The notes: generated from the sequence alone by a model not told the origin. Shown: positions 1-12,189, counted from the whole stretch's first letter. The stretch is DNA of 61,988 nucleotides, filler included, from Nemertoderma westbladi (GCA_032718475.1; 4 parts of 4 records of this genome joined end to end with filler, not necessarily neighbours in it); one strand, 5' to 3'. Numbers and translations: made by a program.

Positions 1-598
1 AACAAATATTTACAATTAATAACTGACGGTAAAATAACAGTACAAACAGTATGATTAATGAGTTAGGTGATATTCGATTCGTTAGGTTAGTGAGTGATTT
101 AAGTCAGATTAGTTCGTTCGGTAACAGTTTATACTTTCGATAATTCAAGCAGTTTACGGTACAGCAGTATCTATCCAAAAATGCCGGTGTTTCTGGCTTA
201 GACAGCAATAACAACAAAGTAACAAGAAAAAACAGTAAGACTGAACACTCTCCTTATGATCGGCAGAAAAGCTACACGTCGACAGGAAAAACCGCCCTGA
301 TTGGCCCAAGCCAAACAAAGAACCACGCGGCCAATGGCTGTTTCCATGTCAGCAACCAGCTGCTAGATGTCGTAATATGAATCATCACGGCTAAGCTGTG
401 AAAGGTGGTTGGTGCATTACAAGTTTTTTGTCTTACCATGTCCGCTAAAACACGTATATAGCAGAATGATTTTTATGTCCGTTAAAACACCTGTAAAGGT
501 ACCTTGCGGGCGAGGGGAATATATATACAGTTAGAAAACCTTTTTTAGAGTATTCCAGCGCCTGGGGGGGAACTGGCCAGCAAAGGCAAACGTATCAG

Positions 599-3418
599 TT
601 ATCCCACAAAAGCTTTTACAACTGCATTGAAACGAATATGAATAAATTTCGGCAGATTAAGCTGTCCAAACATAAAAGACACACTACAGTCAAACCTGAA
701 ACCGAAAAGTTTTCTGGCTATATTATTGTAGCCTACTCGTAATTTATTGTAAACTGCTAAACTAAAATTACGTCTAGTCCAAAGAGCAGTACAGAAGAAT
801 TGAGTGCAAAAACTACGGAAAAGTATTTTCTTTACTGTTATGGAACAGAAAGAGAATTTTCTGATGAGAAGATTGCCTCTGCGATACAGGCTGTGTAGCT
901 GATTGACGATGTCAAAATCGTCGTCAGTAGTTTCATGAAGTATATGTCCAAGATATTTGAATTTTGAAACAATTTCTAATTTAGATCCAGCAACAAAAAT
1001 GTTATTATGTACAAAAGATGTGTTCCCTTTCGGTGTGTAGATCATGGCTTTAGATTTTTTAATATTAATTTTGATATCGTGCTCCAGAGCATAATTTTCA
1101 TAGATTCCAATTAATTTATTCAGACCAAAAATTGAGTTAGAACAGAGAGCTAAGTCATCTGCATAAAACACGTGGTTAGCGCGCGTATTTTTTATTGCAC
1201 AACCTACGTTAGAGTTATTAAAAAATATACTTAGGTCATCTACATAGATACAGTACAAACCAGGTGATAGTATGCCCCCCTGTTTGGTTCCGTTTGAAAC
1301 CGAAAAACTGGCGGACAGCACCCCACCCCACCTAACGGTTAGTGATTGAAATCGGTACCAGTATCTAAGGATACGTACAAAGTAAATTGGCAGCTTACGG
1401 TCAATTAATTTAGCAAACAGTTTATAATGATTAATTAGGTCGAAGGCCTTAGAAGAGTCATGATATACTATGTAAACAGGACTGTCGTTATCGAGATAAA
1501 ACTGAATAATTTCTTTCAGTGTGGCAACAGCAAGTTCAGTACCTACACCCTCTTTGAACCCAAACTGCGAATCAGTAGTTAGTAGTAAACTTTTAAAACG
1601 ATGTAGATATATGAGATATATTAACTCAAGTACTTTACTAGAAACATTAGCAATAGCAATAGCGCGATAATTATCGAAATCGGTAAGATCCCCGTTTTTA
1701 TCCTTTACTAACGGGATTAACTGACTCACAATAAAAGAGTGTGAGATAAAGCCATGGACATTAAATATGGTAAATAACTTAGAAAAATGTACTGCAAGAC
1801 TGCAAGGGCCGAACTTAAAATGTTCGGCAGCTAAACCATCCGGACCAGCTGTTTTGCCGGTTGACAGCTTGCTGAACACATCAACAACCTCATCTGCGGA
1901 TACAATCATCTCATCAGAAAATAGAACAGAATCAAACAATTTCTCAACATGATCTTTTAATTCATCATTATCTACAGAATTGTACAAACCAGAAAACTTT
2001 TCTTTGAAAAGGTCACAGATTTGCTGCTCACCTACAGCATCGCCCACCTTACTGGGCAGAGGCACAGTAGAACTGCAATTACTCTTAACATTACGCCAAA
2101 AATCATTCGCGTTGTTAGCATAGACAGAATGGGCCATTTTATCGGAACGAATCTGCTGTTCATTCCGTTTACAGTCCTTAAGTGACCGTTTGAATTCCAA
2201 TTTAGATTTAATGTAAATAGGAAACATAGGTCCAGATCTAGGGCAGCCATTTGACTTCCAAAGTCTAAAGAACATTTTAGATTCATCGTATTTAAATTTT
2301 AGAATATCATTCCAGCCGGGAATAACTTTCGGACCGTTATTATAGTTGCGATGTTTTTGGGGCAATGTTTTTACAGAGGCAGTACGCATTGCAGCAATAA
2401 CATTCTCATAATAATCGTTAATATCAGATTTGTGTACACTACAGTTGCACAACCCATTGGTACAATTTAACGCATCAAAGGGTATATTAACTGAATTTAA
2501 TAAAGAATTAAGAAGGGTGGAATACGATTCACGTTCACAATCAGACACTTTTACCCAATCAGTGTTATCTCGCACAGAATCACCATCCTCTCCAGACACA
2601 TTAGGTTCTGGGGAAGATAGATAACCCGGAGCAAAATTAATGTCGGTTACAACCGGCATATGATCGAAAGTGCATTGATCGTAATCAACAGATACATTTG
2701 TTATTAAATTGCTAGCACCCATAGAGCTGACCACGTGGTCCAGCCAGGAACAGGTTCCATGGGCGGCACTGACAAAGGTAAAAGTATCTGGAGGTAATAC
2801 ATTTATATCCGAGAATATAAATTTATTACTCAAGCACCATTGTTGTAAATAATTAAAGTATCTAGAGTCAAGGGATGCATTAAAGTCCCCTATTGCACAG
2901 CACAGTGAAGTATCAGCACAATCAAATATTGCTGCGATTTTTCCTAAACAATTAAGAAATTCATTGTCATTATCTGAGCACTGATATGGGAGGTAGGTGT
3001 TAACTAAAAGAATAGACTGGTTATTAACGCTGCTAATTTTAATACCAAAGAGTCTATTATCATCAAAATTTATGATGTCAACAGACCCGGCTAAACTAGA
3101 TTTGTAAAGGATACCGAGACCACCAGAGGGTCTCCCGTTAATTAAGTTTAAACTGAGGTCACAGGGAGATATACCCTGGGCGTAATAGCGACTATCAATG
3201 GACGACAAAGACCCTATGTCCTGTACAGGTAACATATGCTCCTGTAAGAATATAATGTCACAGGATAGATCACACAGGCCTCTAATTGCACTTAACGAAT
3301 GTGGTGTTCGCACAGAGTTGCAGTTGTAAGAGGCAACTTTAAGGTTGCCGATATTCTCAGTTATTCGACTTGTTGATGCCATTGATACAAATAATAAAAT
3401 GTACAAAAATATATTCAT
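599..3418 (-). CDS. LINE ORF2: AP endonuclease + reverse transcriptase
   Basis: APE motifs SYNCN, FLQEH, GRPSGG, GDFN, SWLDH, FDH; RT motifs NYRAIA, QFGFK, SKAFD, QGGILSP, YADD, KYLG. Start could instead be ATG at 3382 (MASTS). Confidence 0.95.
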   Translation of the reverse strand: MNIFLYILLFVSMASTSRITENIGNLKVASYNCNSVRTPHSLSAIRGLCDLSCDIIFLQEHMLPVQDIGSLSSIDSRYYAQGISPCDLSLNLINGRPSGGLGILYKSSLAGSVDIINFDDNRLFGIKISSVNNQSILLVNTYLPYQCSDNDNEFLNCLGKIAAIFDCADTSLCCAIGDFNASLDSRYFNYLQQWCLSNKFIFSDINVLPPDTFTFVSAAHGTCSWLDHVVSSMGASNLITNVSVDYDQCTFDHMPVVTDINFAPGYLSSPEPNVSGEDGDSVRDNTDWVKVSDCERESYSTLLNSLLNSVNIPFDALNCTNGLCNCSVHKSDINDYYENVIAAMRTASVKTLPQKHRNYNNGPKVIPGWNDILKFKYDESKMFFRLWKSNGCPRSGPMFPIYIKSKLEFKRSLKDCKRNEQQIRSDKMAHSVYANNANDFWRNVKSNCSSTVPLPSKVGDAVGEQQICDLFKEKFSGLYNSVDNDELKDHVEKLFDSVLFSDEMIVSADEVVDVFSKLSTGKTAGPDGLAAEHFKFGPCSLAVHFSKLFTIFNVHGFISHSFIVSQLIPLVKDKNGDLTDFDNYRAIAIANVSSKVLELIYLIYLHRFKSLLLTTDSQFGFKEGVGTELAVATLKEIIQFYLDNDSPVYIVYHDSSKAFDLINHYKLFAKLIDRKLPIYFVRILRYWYRFQSLTVRWGGVLSASFSVSNGTKQGGILSPGLYCIYVDDLSIFFNNSNVGCAIKNTRANHVFYADDLALCSNSIFGLNKLIGIYENYALEHDIKINIKKSKAMIYTPKGNTSFVHNNIFVAGSKLEIVSKFKYLGHILHETTDDDFDIVNQLHSLYRRGNLLIRKFSFCSITVKKILFRSFCTQFFCTALWTRRNFSLAVYNKLRVGYNNIARKLFGFRFDCSVSFMFGQLNLPKFIHIRFNAVVKAFVG

Positions 3419-3497
3419 AATTGGTTATTGCTTAAAAAGTATAAAAAATATTAAAACTGAAAATTGATTAAGATAAATTAATATATATATATTTAGG

Positions 3498-4892
3498 TTA
3501 TGAAGTATCGGGACCGGTACTAATGCTTTTCTCCGAAATAACGGCGTTACTTACATCAGTTACCGGTACCTGCTGATGGGTGCCCGGTTGGGAATCCGCT
3601 CTAGGTGGTAGTGGTGTCACTCCGACCGATGTAACCTGCTGCTGAGGTTGTGAGGAGCTACGGGCAGCCGAGAGGGAACCGGTAGGCCGCTGTTGGGAGA
3701 CGAAGTTACCGATACGACAGTAACGGGGCCAGATATCACCATCAAGAAGAATATCCACTTCTTCATCTTTACAGCTGATAATGAACGAACGGTACGATGG
3801 ATTTGGGTTGGAACCAATGGCCATACACTTGATATCCAGGTTAACGTTACACTTTACGAAAGCCGTAATCTCCTGAGCTTGAACCTCGGGGGCACAACCA
3901 GTTAAGAACAACTTGCGAAGTGGCTGAACAGTGGCAAACCCCAATGAGCTGGACTTACCATGAATGTATTTTGTTCGATGACCCGGTGGCTGCGAGCGAC
4001 GCCCGTCATCTCCAGATCCGTGAGCCGGTACTTTGCGAGCACTCTTTGGTTTCTTATCCTTAACTGGTTTGCCGGCACGCCCAACCTTGACGTATGGCAC
4101 CCCGCCATCCCCTCTGTGGGTCGGCCAGGAAGAGGTAGTTACATTCGACTGAATTGGACAAGGTATGACCTCTTCGATCGATGCGGTAGACTCGGAGTCG
4201 GAATCCAGCTGATCAGTACCGGTAAGGTCAGGTACCAAATAAATTGACTTAGGGATAGGTTTCTTCTTTCTCTGCCTCTTGGACTTGGACGAAGAATTAA
4301 CAGCCTCCGCGACATTCAGACCACCAGAGACCGAACTGAGGCCTGTACTAGTACAAGTGCCGGTAGCAGTATCGGGGGTTGCGGCAGAACAGCTGACAAC
4401 AGTCGGGGCATTTAGATTACTCTCCATTACCGCAATACGATCCTGGAGAGAGCTAACCATGTTTAGAAGGAACAGCATATCAGAGTCTGTGGACCCAAAC
4501 GGCGGGATAACAGATAGATCGCACGGAACGAAAATTGGCCTAGGTTCCAAGGACTGGAACCCTGGAAATTCGTACATCTCTAGGATATCCTTTACAATAA
4601 GTTTCCTCATATCCTCACCTTGTTTCCTGTTCTTCGCGAAGCTCTGTTTCGAAAGACCAGCTCTCCTCTCGTTCGAGCTACCCGAACCCGACGATAGCAA
4701 ATCTAAGAGAAGGGTCTTGGCCTCCTTCAGAAGCGCATCTGGAAACTTTGGCCACGGCCCAATGACAGCGGCAATTGAGTTGGGGTGCAACCCACGGGTG
4801 TGGGCAGTCCAGATGTAGGCTAAAATATCATTCCCTACATGACAGCAGGGACTAACAGCAACATCGGGTGGTATGTCCTCATCTAAGGTCAT
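3498..4892 (-). CDS. LINE ORF1 protein
   Basis: 464-aa ORF directly upstream of ORF2; short coiled coil and C-terminal LFLTG...SFIIS...WP...F motif typical of CR1/RTEX-type ORF1. Confidence 0.8.
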   Translation of the reverse strand: MTLDEDIPPDVAVSPCCHVGNDILAYIWTAHTRGLHPNSIAAVIGPWPKFPDALLKEAKTLLLDLLSSGSGSSNERRAGLSKQSFAKNRKQGEDMRKLIVKDILEMYEFPGFQSLEPRPIFVPCDLSVIPPFGSTDSDMLFLLNMVSSLQDRIAVMESNLNAPTVVSCSAATPDTATGTCTSTGLSSVSGGLNVAEAVNSSSKSKRQRKKKPIPKSIYLVPDLTGTDQLDSDSESTASIEEVIPCPIQSNVTTSSWPTHRGDGGVPYVKVGRAGKPVKDKKPKSARKVPAHGSGDDGRRSQPPGHRTKYIHGKSSSLGFATVQPLRKLFLTGCAPEVQAQEITAFVKCNVNLDIKCMAIGSNPNPSYRSFIISCKDEEVDILLDGDIWPRYCRIGNFVSQQRPTGSLSAARSSSQPQQQVTSVGVTPLPPRADSQPGTHQQVPVTDVSNAVISEKSISTGPDTS

Positions 4893-5035
4893 ACTCGCTG
4901 TGGTGCAGCAGTAGGTCAGTAGGTACCAGGGTCCGGGACCGGCGTAGGCAGGTAGGTGGTAGGTACTATCTGTAATATGGCTGAGTACACACGGTACAGT
5001 AGTACAGTACTGCAGTAGCAGGGTACTATGTACCC

Positions 5036-5290
5036 TGCTACTACTATGGTATGCTTACATACCATACCCTTTACTCTCTTACTACGTGGCGCTCTCAGTG
5101 CCCACAACCCCTCTATTACTATTTCTATGGTATACCTACATACCATACCATTTACTCTCTTACTACGGGGCGCTTTCGGTGCCCACAACCTCTACAGTAT
5201 TATGTACCTTACTACTCCTACTATGGTATACCTATATACCATAACCCTCTACTCTCTTACTACGTGGCGCTCTCGGTGCCCACAACTTCT
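5036..5290. repeat. Three diverged ~70-100-bp tandem repeats in the LINE 5' UTR
   Basis: ctatggtat..ataccatacc..tactctcttactacg.ggcgct.tc.gtgcccacaac recurs at ~5044, ~5125, ~5221. Confidence 0.8.
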
Positions 5291-5474
5291 ATCTCGCTAT
5301 GTACTATGTACCTTACTTAGTACTATGTACTACCTACTACTATGACTTTCTACTATCTTAGTACTTATTTTATTATTTGCTTGTTATTTATTTTTTATAT
5401 TTTTTATGTGTGAGAAGGGCGTCTCGCCCTCATTCCCACCCCCCTCATTCCAACATATTGGAAAGCTCAACAAC

Positions 5475-7741
5475 CTAAGGGCAATTCTTCCAGCAGGCAA
5501 CTCTCCCACTGCCCCCTATAGGTCCTCTTAATCTTTGTCCCACTCTTCTTCCCAATTCCAACTCTTTTGGAATTGAGCTTCCCTTCTCCTTCACCCTTAA
5601 GTCGGTTCTTTCCGTCATGTCACTGATCATCTTCTCATGGTCGTCCCCTGGCGGTAAAGTGCCACCCTTCATCTTGTCGTCATTCGGCGGTAGAATGCTG
5701 CCCCTCATGTCATCCTTAATGGTACATTCCACCTCTGCTGGCCTCCCCCTCAATACGTGCACTGGCGTTAACGCCCCTGATGACCTCCAGTCATCCTTCG
5801 GTACACGTAATGGCTTACCATTTAATGCCACTTCACACTCTGCCAGCCCCTTATGCGTGTACAACACACCCTCTCCCACTTTCCTGCCTCCTTTGTCACG
5901 TTTCATCATGGGCTTCTCTGCCCCTGGTCTAATCTTCCCACATCCTCTCCCTTTCCACCTTGTCTTCTTACTCGACCTCCTCCCCACCGGTATGCCTCTC
6001 AACTGGACCAGCATCTGTTCCAGACACCTCTCCGGACTTTTCGCCGTCCACTCTTCTCTATCCCCATACCGATACTCCCCATTCTCCTCCGCCCACTCTC
6101 TTGTTGTTGTTTTTCTTCCTGACTCATCTGTTGGGGGTATTTTTCTGACCTCAACCCTTTTACCACACTCCACCATGTGTGGTTCAAGATCCATAGCCAT
6201 CCCGGACTCCTGGTTTTCTTCCCCGGCCTGCTTCTCGTATGGGTCCTCCCCATCGCCCGTCTCTGGTTTCTCCTCTGTCCCTCCGTCCTCTATTTTTCTC
6301 ATTGTGCCTGTGAACATGTACCCTGAGAATTCTGACACGCTGAACGGAATTCTAGACTTGATTGGGCCGCTGAGTGTCCATCCAAATGGCGTGCAAATCG
6401 CCATCGCGCCTCTCCCCCCATCATCTCCAAGTCGGCAGGAAAGTCTCCTGTGTGCCGTCGGGCAGTCCATGCCGACTATGAGAGATACTTTCGGGACGTC
6501 CAGTTTGGGCACGGAGAAATCGATGTTGTCCAGGTACTGGTATTCTTCGACCTCGATCTTCGTGGGTCGCCTGGCATTAATATTAATCGATTCTATTATT
6601 TGAATGGGATAGATGGTCGCCCCATAATCGCACCCTGGCGTTATCGCTGATATTTTACAATGCCCCGTTCTCATCTTCAAGACCTCATCTTTACTCAAGA
6701 TAGTGGTTACCACCATCTTGCTTGGCCTCGTTCGTAACCTTATCTTTTCGGCCACCCAACCCTCCGTTAGTGTGAACGCTGCTCCACTATTGATCAACAT
6801 TAATGTTGTGACCGATAGCCCGTCCTCTCCTGTTATTCTCACTGGTACTATTTCGAGTAGTACCGTTCTCTTTCTCTTTGCTCCCGTCGTGCTCGTACCC
6901 ATAGTTTGGCCTCCAGTCTCATCAGTCTCGTCGTATTCTATCGATGTTTCCCTACACTCTCCGAATCTGTGTCCTTCTACCACGCATCAATGACATAGTC
7001 CATTTATATCCGCGTAGGCTACTCGATCTTGTTTAGGCAACGCTTGCCAATGCTTACAATTCATGGTGTTGTGGGTTCCATCTCTATGCAACTGACATTT
7101 GTATCCTGGATTGTAGTGTTCCTTGTATAGCCCTTCACATATCATGCGTAGGTTTATATATACCAGTTTAATGTTTTGTTTATTCGCACTCGGCCTACTG
7201 GGGGTGTTGGGATTATATTTGTTTGTGTTGTTGTTTTGTTTCTGTCCCTGCCACGGTGTGGCCCTACTTTCAGCTGCCTGTGGACTACAAGTCCCCTGCG
7301 TGGCCGCATGTGGTAGCGACTGTCTCACTCTAGGGAATGCATCTGCCGGATTATGTTTGGGTTTAGGCCTGTTGTATTCAGCTTTCGGTGCCCTCTCCAA
7401 ACTATCCTCACTGTAGACTGGGTCTGTAATCAACTCCGCCTCATAGTTAAGGAAGTTCAACATCTCCTCTAAGCCCAGCTCCGCACCCTTCTTCTCCCAG
7501 GTGGAGAAGGCGATCTTTCTAAACTTGTTTCTTAGCCAGATCGGTAGTGCCTGCGCTATTGTGGTGATGTTATTCGATGCGTTGAGTTCATAAGGCGCAT
7601 CTAATGTCTTTAGCACAATCAGCGCCTTTTCGACTTTATTTGCAAAAGTCTTTATACTGACAGGGTTATCCTGTAGTCCACCTGATGTTATTCCCCTTAA
7701 GGTTTGTCGGATGATCTTAGCAGGATGTCCGAATTCCCTGT
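5475..7741 (-). pseudogene. Outer BEL gag C-terminus + aspartic protease (DSG>NSG) + integrase remnant; RT/RNase H absent
   Basis: LP.WLRNKF, CQLH..H....C knuckle, LLEIVPV..LINSGA, CTPFGWTLSGP, ECEVALNGKPL..LTPVHVLRG; in-frame stop at 6987. Confidence 0.85.
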
Positions 7742-8651
7742 TGTTGCCGTTATTCCCGACACCAGGGGGGAAAACGCCGATGCTGGAGGCGGAATTTTCA
7801 GACCACTTTATTCCGGCCAGTCACCGGTTATTGGGAGTGGAGAAGGATGTTATCTGAGATGCAGAATTGCGGTTAGAGAAAAGTTTCATTGGTTGGATAT
7901 AATCTTTAATGTAACTTGAACTCTGATTGAGAATAATTTGGGCTTCCCCACACCAATATACCAAATATTCACAATAATACACAATATGAAATTCCTACAG
8001 TAAATTATTTAATTACCCACTGTTCGCTTAACCTAACTGACCTAACTAATATTCCCAAATTTCCCTTGGTCCTAGTCCCGGTACAGTAGTGTCAGTCCTT
8101 TTCAGGCTCGTAATTACGTTAGTAGTCGAGAACCCACTCCGAATAGTCGGTAGGCCAGTAAATTCCGGTCCTCTGTCTTTCGACCCTGTTGCATGTCCGT
8201 CCCACCCTTCCCAACCCCTAACGGGATCAGTCATCAGGAAAGTGGTACAGCTTAGCTAGGGGTCTGTCGGTCTGAGCGCATCGAGCAACGCCCAAGTCCT
8301 TTTCAGGCTCAGTCACCACTGATGGCCAGGGACCGCTAAGGGCAGTCCTTGTCCCCAGACCTAGCGGGTTACCAACTACCGAAGTAGAAGGAGGTTGTCT
8401 AGGCCTCTAGTAATTATCAGGCAACCTTGACAGTAATGCTTGATTTTACCTCCCACGCATGGCCCTTAAATATCTGAAATGGTTCCCGCGCCCCGTAAGT
8501 CGCCCCAAGTTTCACCCATAAATCGCCCCCAGTCTATCAAATGTGCCCAAATTTTGTGTTCCCACACCCACCACTGATATTGGCACATTCATAAAATATA
8601 AATCCAAAAAATATGTAACTTGCGTTATGCTATCGTAAAATACCGGGAACA
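7742..8651 (-). repeat. 3' LTR of inner BEL element (910 bp)
   Basis: Matches 18174-19045 on both flanks; TG...CA ends; sense AATAAA at 7807-7812. Confidence 0.93.
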
Positions 8652-8954
8652 GTCCCACCAAATGACCTTCATGAGGTCTATCGATAGATCGAGTTTGCGT
8701 AAGGTCATTTCCCCATATAAAAACCCAATTTTTATTATTGCATAGTCTATGATTAATTTGTCCTAGAGTTAGTTTACATACATATAAAAATAAATGTTCG
8801 AATAAGTGTCTATAAATGTGTTGGTCTTTCATCTCCTGCTTTGATATGCTTTCCTTTTCTTTGCCCGTCGACTTTCATCTATCGCCAATGCGGGTAGAGG
8901 GGCATCATTGGCCGACATGAGAAGTGCCGCTGCCTGCCTCCTGGCAGCCCTTTC

Positions 8955-9760
8955 TCAGGGAGGTATCGAGATGGGATCTGTTCTCCTTTCCAGCTCAGTG
9001 GTTTGAGCCACCTGGAACCATTCTCCATCTCCAAACGCTTCCATATACAAATATAGACGTCTAATCACTTCGAAGGGACTGAATAGATTGGCGCTAAGCA
9101 ATAAATCCACATAGTGGAAAGGCAAGGCCTTTACTGTATGAAGGCGTTCGGGGAATGAGAAATATCCACACGCCATCTCCTGTGCAATGTTTCGAGCGCT
9201 CAATTGCGCTCTGGTCTTTACATGAACAATGGCGTACATTTCAAACATTACCATGTTCCCGGTAGCCGTAACATCCTTGGTAGGAGATTCAATGTTGCAC
9301 TGAGGGCTCGCAGTATGCCCACAGAAACCGCACGTTGTACAGAAGTTGTAAAGTGTCGGGCAAACTGCTACTTCGTGGCCCAGGGTGGCGCAATACAGAC
9401 AATATATTATCCCAAGGATTTGGAAACACGGTTCGGTTACTCGTTGTTTCTTACCGCGAGGACACTGCTCCGAACCACAACTACTGCAAACATTGAGTTG
9501 CCTTTCCCGACCGAAAAAATCGGGATCTGGACGCCAGCGTAATATTCCAATCAACTATCCTTCTTGGGGATAATCGTTGTCATAGGAAGCCCGCGGAACG
9601 CCGCGCTGTCATGGAGTTGGGCCTCGCTGCGGTATCCCTCCTTATGGTACGCTGGACGCATTTCAGGTGCTCGTTTCTGATGGTGAATCCACTCCGTCTG
9701 TTCCGCGTACCATTGGATGAGTCTCATCGGGTCCTGTGGAACGGTGGGAGCCGGTCGCAA
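8955..9760 (-). pseudogene. Cargo ORF, C-terminal part: Cys/His-rich, tandem CCHC-like Zn knuckles
   Basis: CSSCGSEQC...CLYCATLGHEVAVC...CTTCGFCGHTASPQC; overlapping ORFs 9551-9760 and 8955-9554 are probably frameshifted pieces. Confidence 0.6.
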
Positions 9761-11276
9761 TAGTCGGTTGGCGAAGGGGTGCCAGAATATTCGCCGAAGG
9801 AATCCCGAGGAGGTCTCCGGGGGTTGGTGTTATACTAGGGCCCTTCGTAACTTGGATTGCCGATCGGGTCCGCTGAGTACTGGTACTTGGAGTTTCCATG
9901 GACCAATCCTCTCCTCCAGGAAACGGGTAAGGAGATAACCTCCTGCATGTATGATCAAAGTCACTGAGCGCGAGTGTGGTAACTAGTTCTCTCGCCGGAC
10001 TACCGGAGCCAAGCGGAGTAGTTACACCCGAGTCCATCGCAGGCTCAGTCACGGCAATTCGCTTAGCGGCTGATCCATAGGTAACTTCCAGTTCGTGTTG
10101 ACTTTTTGGTGTGGATAACAGAACACCTTTGTGTTTCCATAGCTCCTCTCCTTCCGACGACACTATAGGTTCCTCGGCGCTGAGGAGGTCGTTGATTGTT
10201 GGGATATCGGACGGTCCATTCAGATCCCAGGCCTTGATTATTTCAAGCGTCTTGGTATCTCCTGGTGGGATATTCTGTACCACCTTGAACGCGTGGTCGA
10301 TCACCTCGTTCCATTCGTTGTCTATGAAAGCATTGGGGACCGCGCTAATAAGCTTATCGAGGGTTTTACAGATAAACTTGGCAACCGTGTACGACTCCAT
10401 CATTATGTAGATGTAGTTTCGTCGCTCCGGATTATCCCAGCATTGGTGGATCATCCACTTCCTCTCTACATCCTTCCAACGGTTCTCCCGCTCATGATGT
10501 ATTGCTAAACCCGGATGTGCGCTGTAGATTTTATTGCAGTCCGGGAACTTCTGTGGTTTAAAATCTAAACCGCCGTTTAGCACCGCTAGGTAGCCGATAC
10601 CTGATTTGGTCCGTCTCACCTCTCTTTTGATAACATCAAAGTCAAACAGGATCTGTTGGATCACCGATGGTAGTAACCAGATCACTCTGGCTGTCCGTAT
10701 TTCCTGTTGTGGTGTTGGAAATATTCGACACACCAGTACCAATCCGTCTAGGGTTCTGAGGACGATGATTAGCGACTGACCTTCCTCTTTTGTCCCGTAT
10801 TTTTCTTTATAGTCGTCTCAGTTTTGGATGACCGTCATACGGTCCTCTCGCAGCGTCACCGTACATTCCACCAGATTTCCCCAGTGTGTGAGACATGTAC
10901 TCTTATCGTCGATGAAACTCTGACATTGCGCCATTGTAACCGCCTTCGGAGTTGGCGTCGCTTTGCCTTCGTTGTCGTATATTAAGCACCGGGATTTGTA
11001 AACGCTTTGCCAGAACATATCCCAGAATGACAACTCTCCTGCTCCGGTTGCCTCAGCGTTCCGAGTCCTTTTCAGGCTCGTACTAGCATCGGACAACCGG
11101 AGCGCCTGCAGGTTACGGGTATCTGGGGCCTCCTTCCCGGAGAAACGAATGACTCGCACATTCTTGCTCAACAGGGCGTTCCATTTCACATCAAAGCTAG
11201 GAGATCCAGGCTGTGGATAGTCAAATAAATTAATTGTTGTACGTAATTCGCCAAGAATCTGGCGATTCGGGTCCAT
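9663..11276 (-). pseudogene. Cargo ORF of unknown function (~537 codons, one in-frame TGA at 10818-10820)
   Basis: ORFs 10818-11276 and 9663-10742 share a frame; the gap reads IQN*DDYKEKYGTKEEGQSLIIVLRTLDGLVLVC. No signal peptide or TM segment evident. Confidence 0.7.
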
Positions 11277-11830
11277 ATTGTAAATTACGTCCGTTACAAA
11301 TTAATTCAGTTAATTATAAATCCAGAAAGTCTGATTCTATAGCGACTGCAGAATAGTTATTTTTAATGTAGTTAATATTATTGATATATAGGCATCTATC
11401 ATCTTATTGGTACTAAATTCAGTATTTACAGTTACTATAGCTATACATTATTATCCAACCAGTTTTTTGACTTTTTATGTCCGCTTCTTTTTTAAATTCT
11501 TTTTTCATTCTACAATTTATACCTTTTTTTTCTTTTTTATTTCTATAGTTTTTTCATTTCACATTTCATTATTTCTTTCACATTGCATCATTTATTCCAC
11601 ATTTCATCATTTATTCCACATTTCATCATTTATTTCACCATTTCATTGGGGTTATAGCCCCCCGGCAATCATCATTGGGTTATAAGCGCAAAACACCAGG
11701 AATGCGCATCATCACATTTTCATTATCATAATAGTACGCATCATCATTCAGTTTATAGTTGAATTATCTGTTTCTTTTCATCATTTCGTACTACATTCAA
11801 CCATCTTCTTGGGAAATTTTCGTTGTGGAA

Positions 11831-12189
11831 GGGTGTTACGCAACAGTCTGTGATCTACAGCTGGACTCATTACACCGCCTATGCCCCAAACTGCACACGT
11901 AACGGACGATGAATATAACGCTGGAAGTGAAGTCACATGGAATGCACCAGGGACCCACCAGAATAACACTCCCAGAAACATGAAGCTCAGCCGACGAAGT
12001 CACGTGGAATGCACCAGGGACCCACCAGAATAACGTGGCTGAGGAACATAAAGTCTTTATCGACAAAGTCATGTGGAATGCATCATGGACCCACCAGAAT
12101 AACGCGACAGAGGGGGTGTTACGCGGCAGTCTGGGATCTACAGCTGGACTCATTACACCGCCTACGCCCCAAACTGCACACGTAACGGA
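11831..12189. repeat. Internal repeats of inner BEL: two ~75-bp direct repeats flanking three ~68-bp diverged tandem units
   Basis: cagtctg.gatctacagctggactc... at 11845 and 12127; aagtca..tggaatgca.ca.ggacccaccagaataac at 11929, 11996, 12065. Confidence 0.85.

Larger units (their letters stand above)
599..5345 (-). mobile_element. Two-ORF non-LTR retrotransposon (LINE; RTEX/CR1-group-like, clade not resolved)
   Basis: ORF1 (3498-4892), ORF2 with APE endonuclease and RT (599-3418), repeat-containing 5' UTR (~4893-5345). No clear 3' tail, so the 3' end may be clipped. Confidence 0.9.

Noticed and set aside
1-421. Possible LTR fragment ending ...GCATTACA
   Set aside because: Only vague resemblance to the solo LTR; no partner, TSD or PBS inside the window
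5617-6603. 328-aa plus-strand ORF and other antisense ORFs over gag, pol and hsp90
   Set aside because: Shadow frames of genuine minus-strand coding sequence, with no recognisable motifs
8046-8234. LTR cassette ORF as a homologue of the cargo ORF
   Set aside because: The shared TSLKRT is forced by the nucleotide motif; the remaining similarity is too weak to claim by eye
8195-8240. Hammerhead ribozyme core (CUGAUGA + stem) in the 3' LTR cassette
   Set aside because: The stem is followed by GAAG rather than GAAA, and no stems I/III were found
11059-11085. Hairpin motif as group II intron domain V (AGC, GAAA, AC)
   Set aside because: The stem is far too short for domain V geometry and no other intron domains are present
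11929-12103. CRISPR-like array (39-bp repeats, 28-30-bp spacers)
   Set aside because: The spacers resemble each other (aacat.aag...cgac), so these are diverged tandem repeats; eukaryotic context with no cas genes
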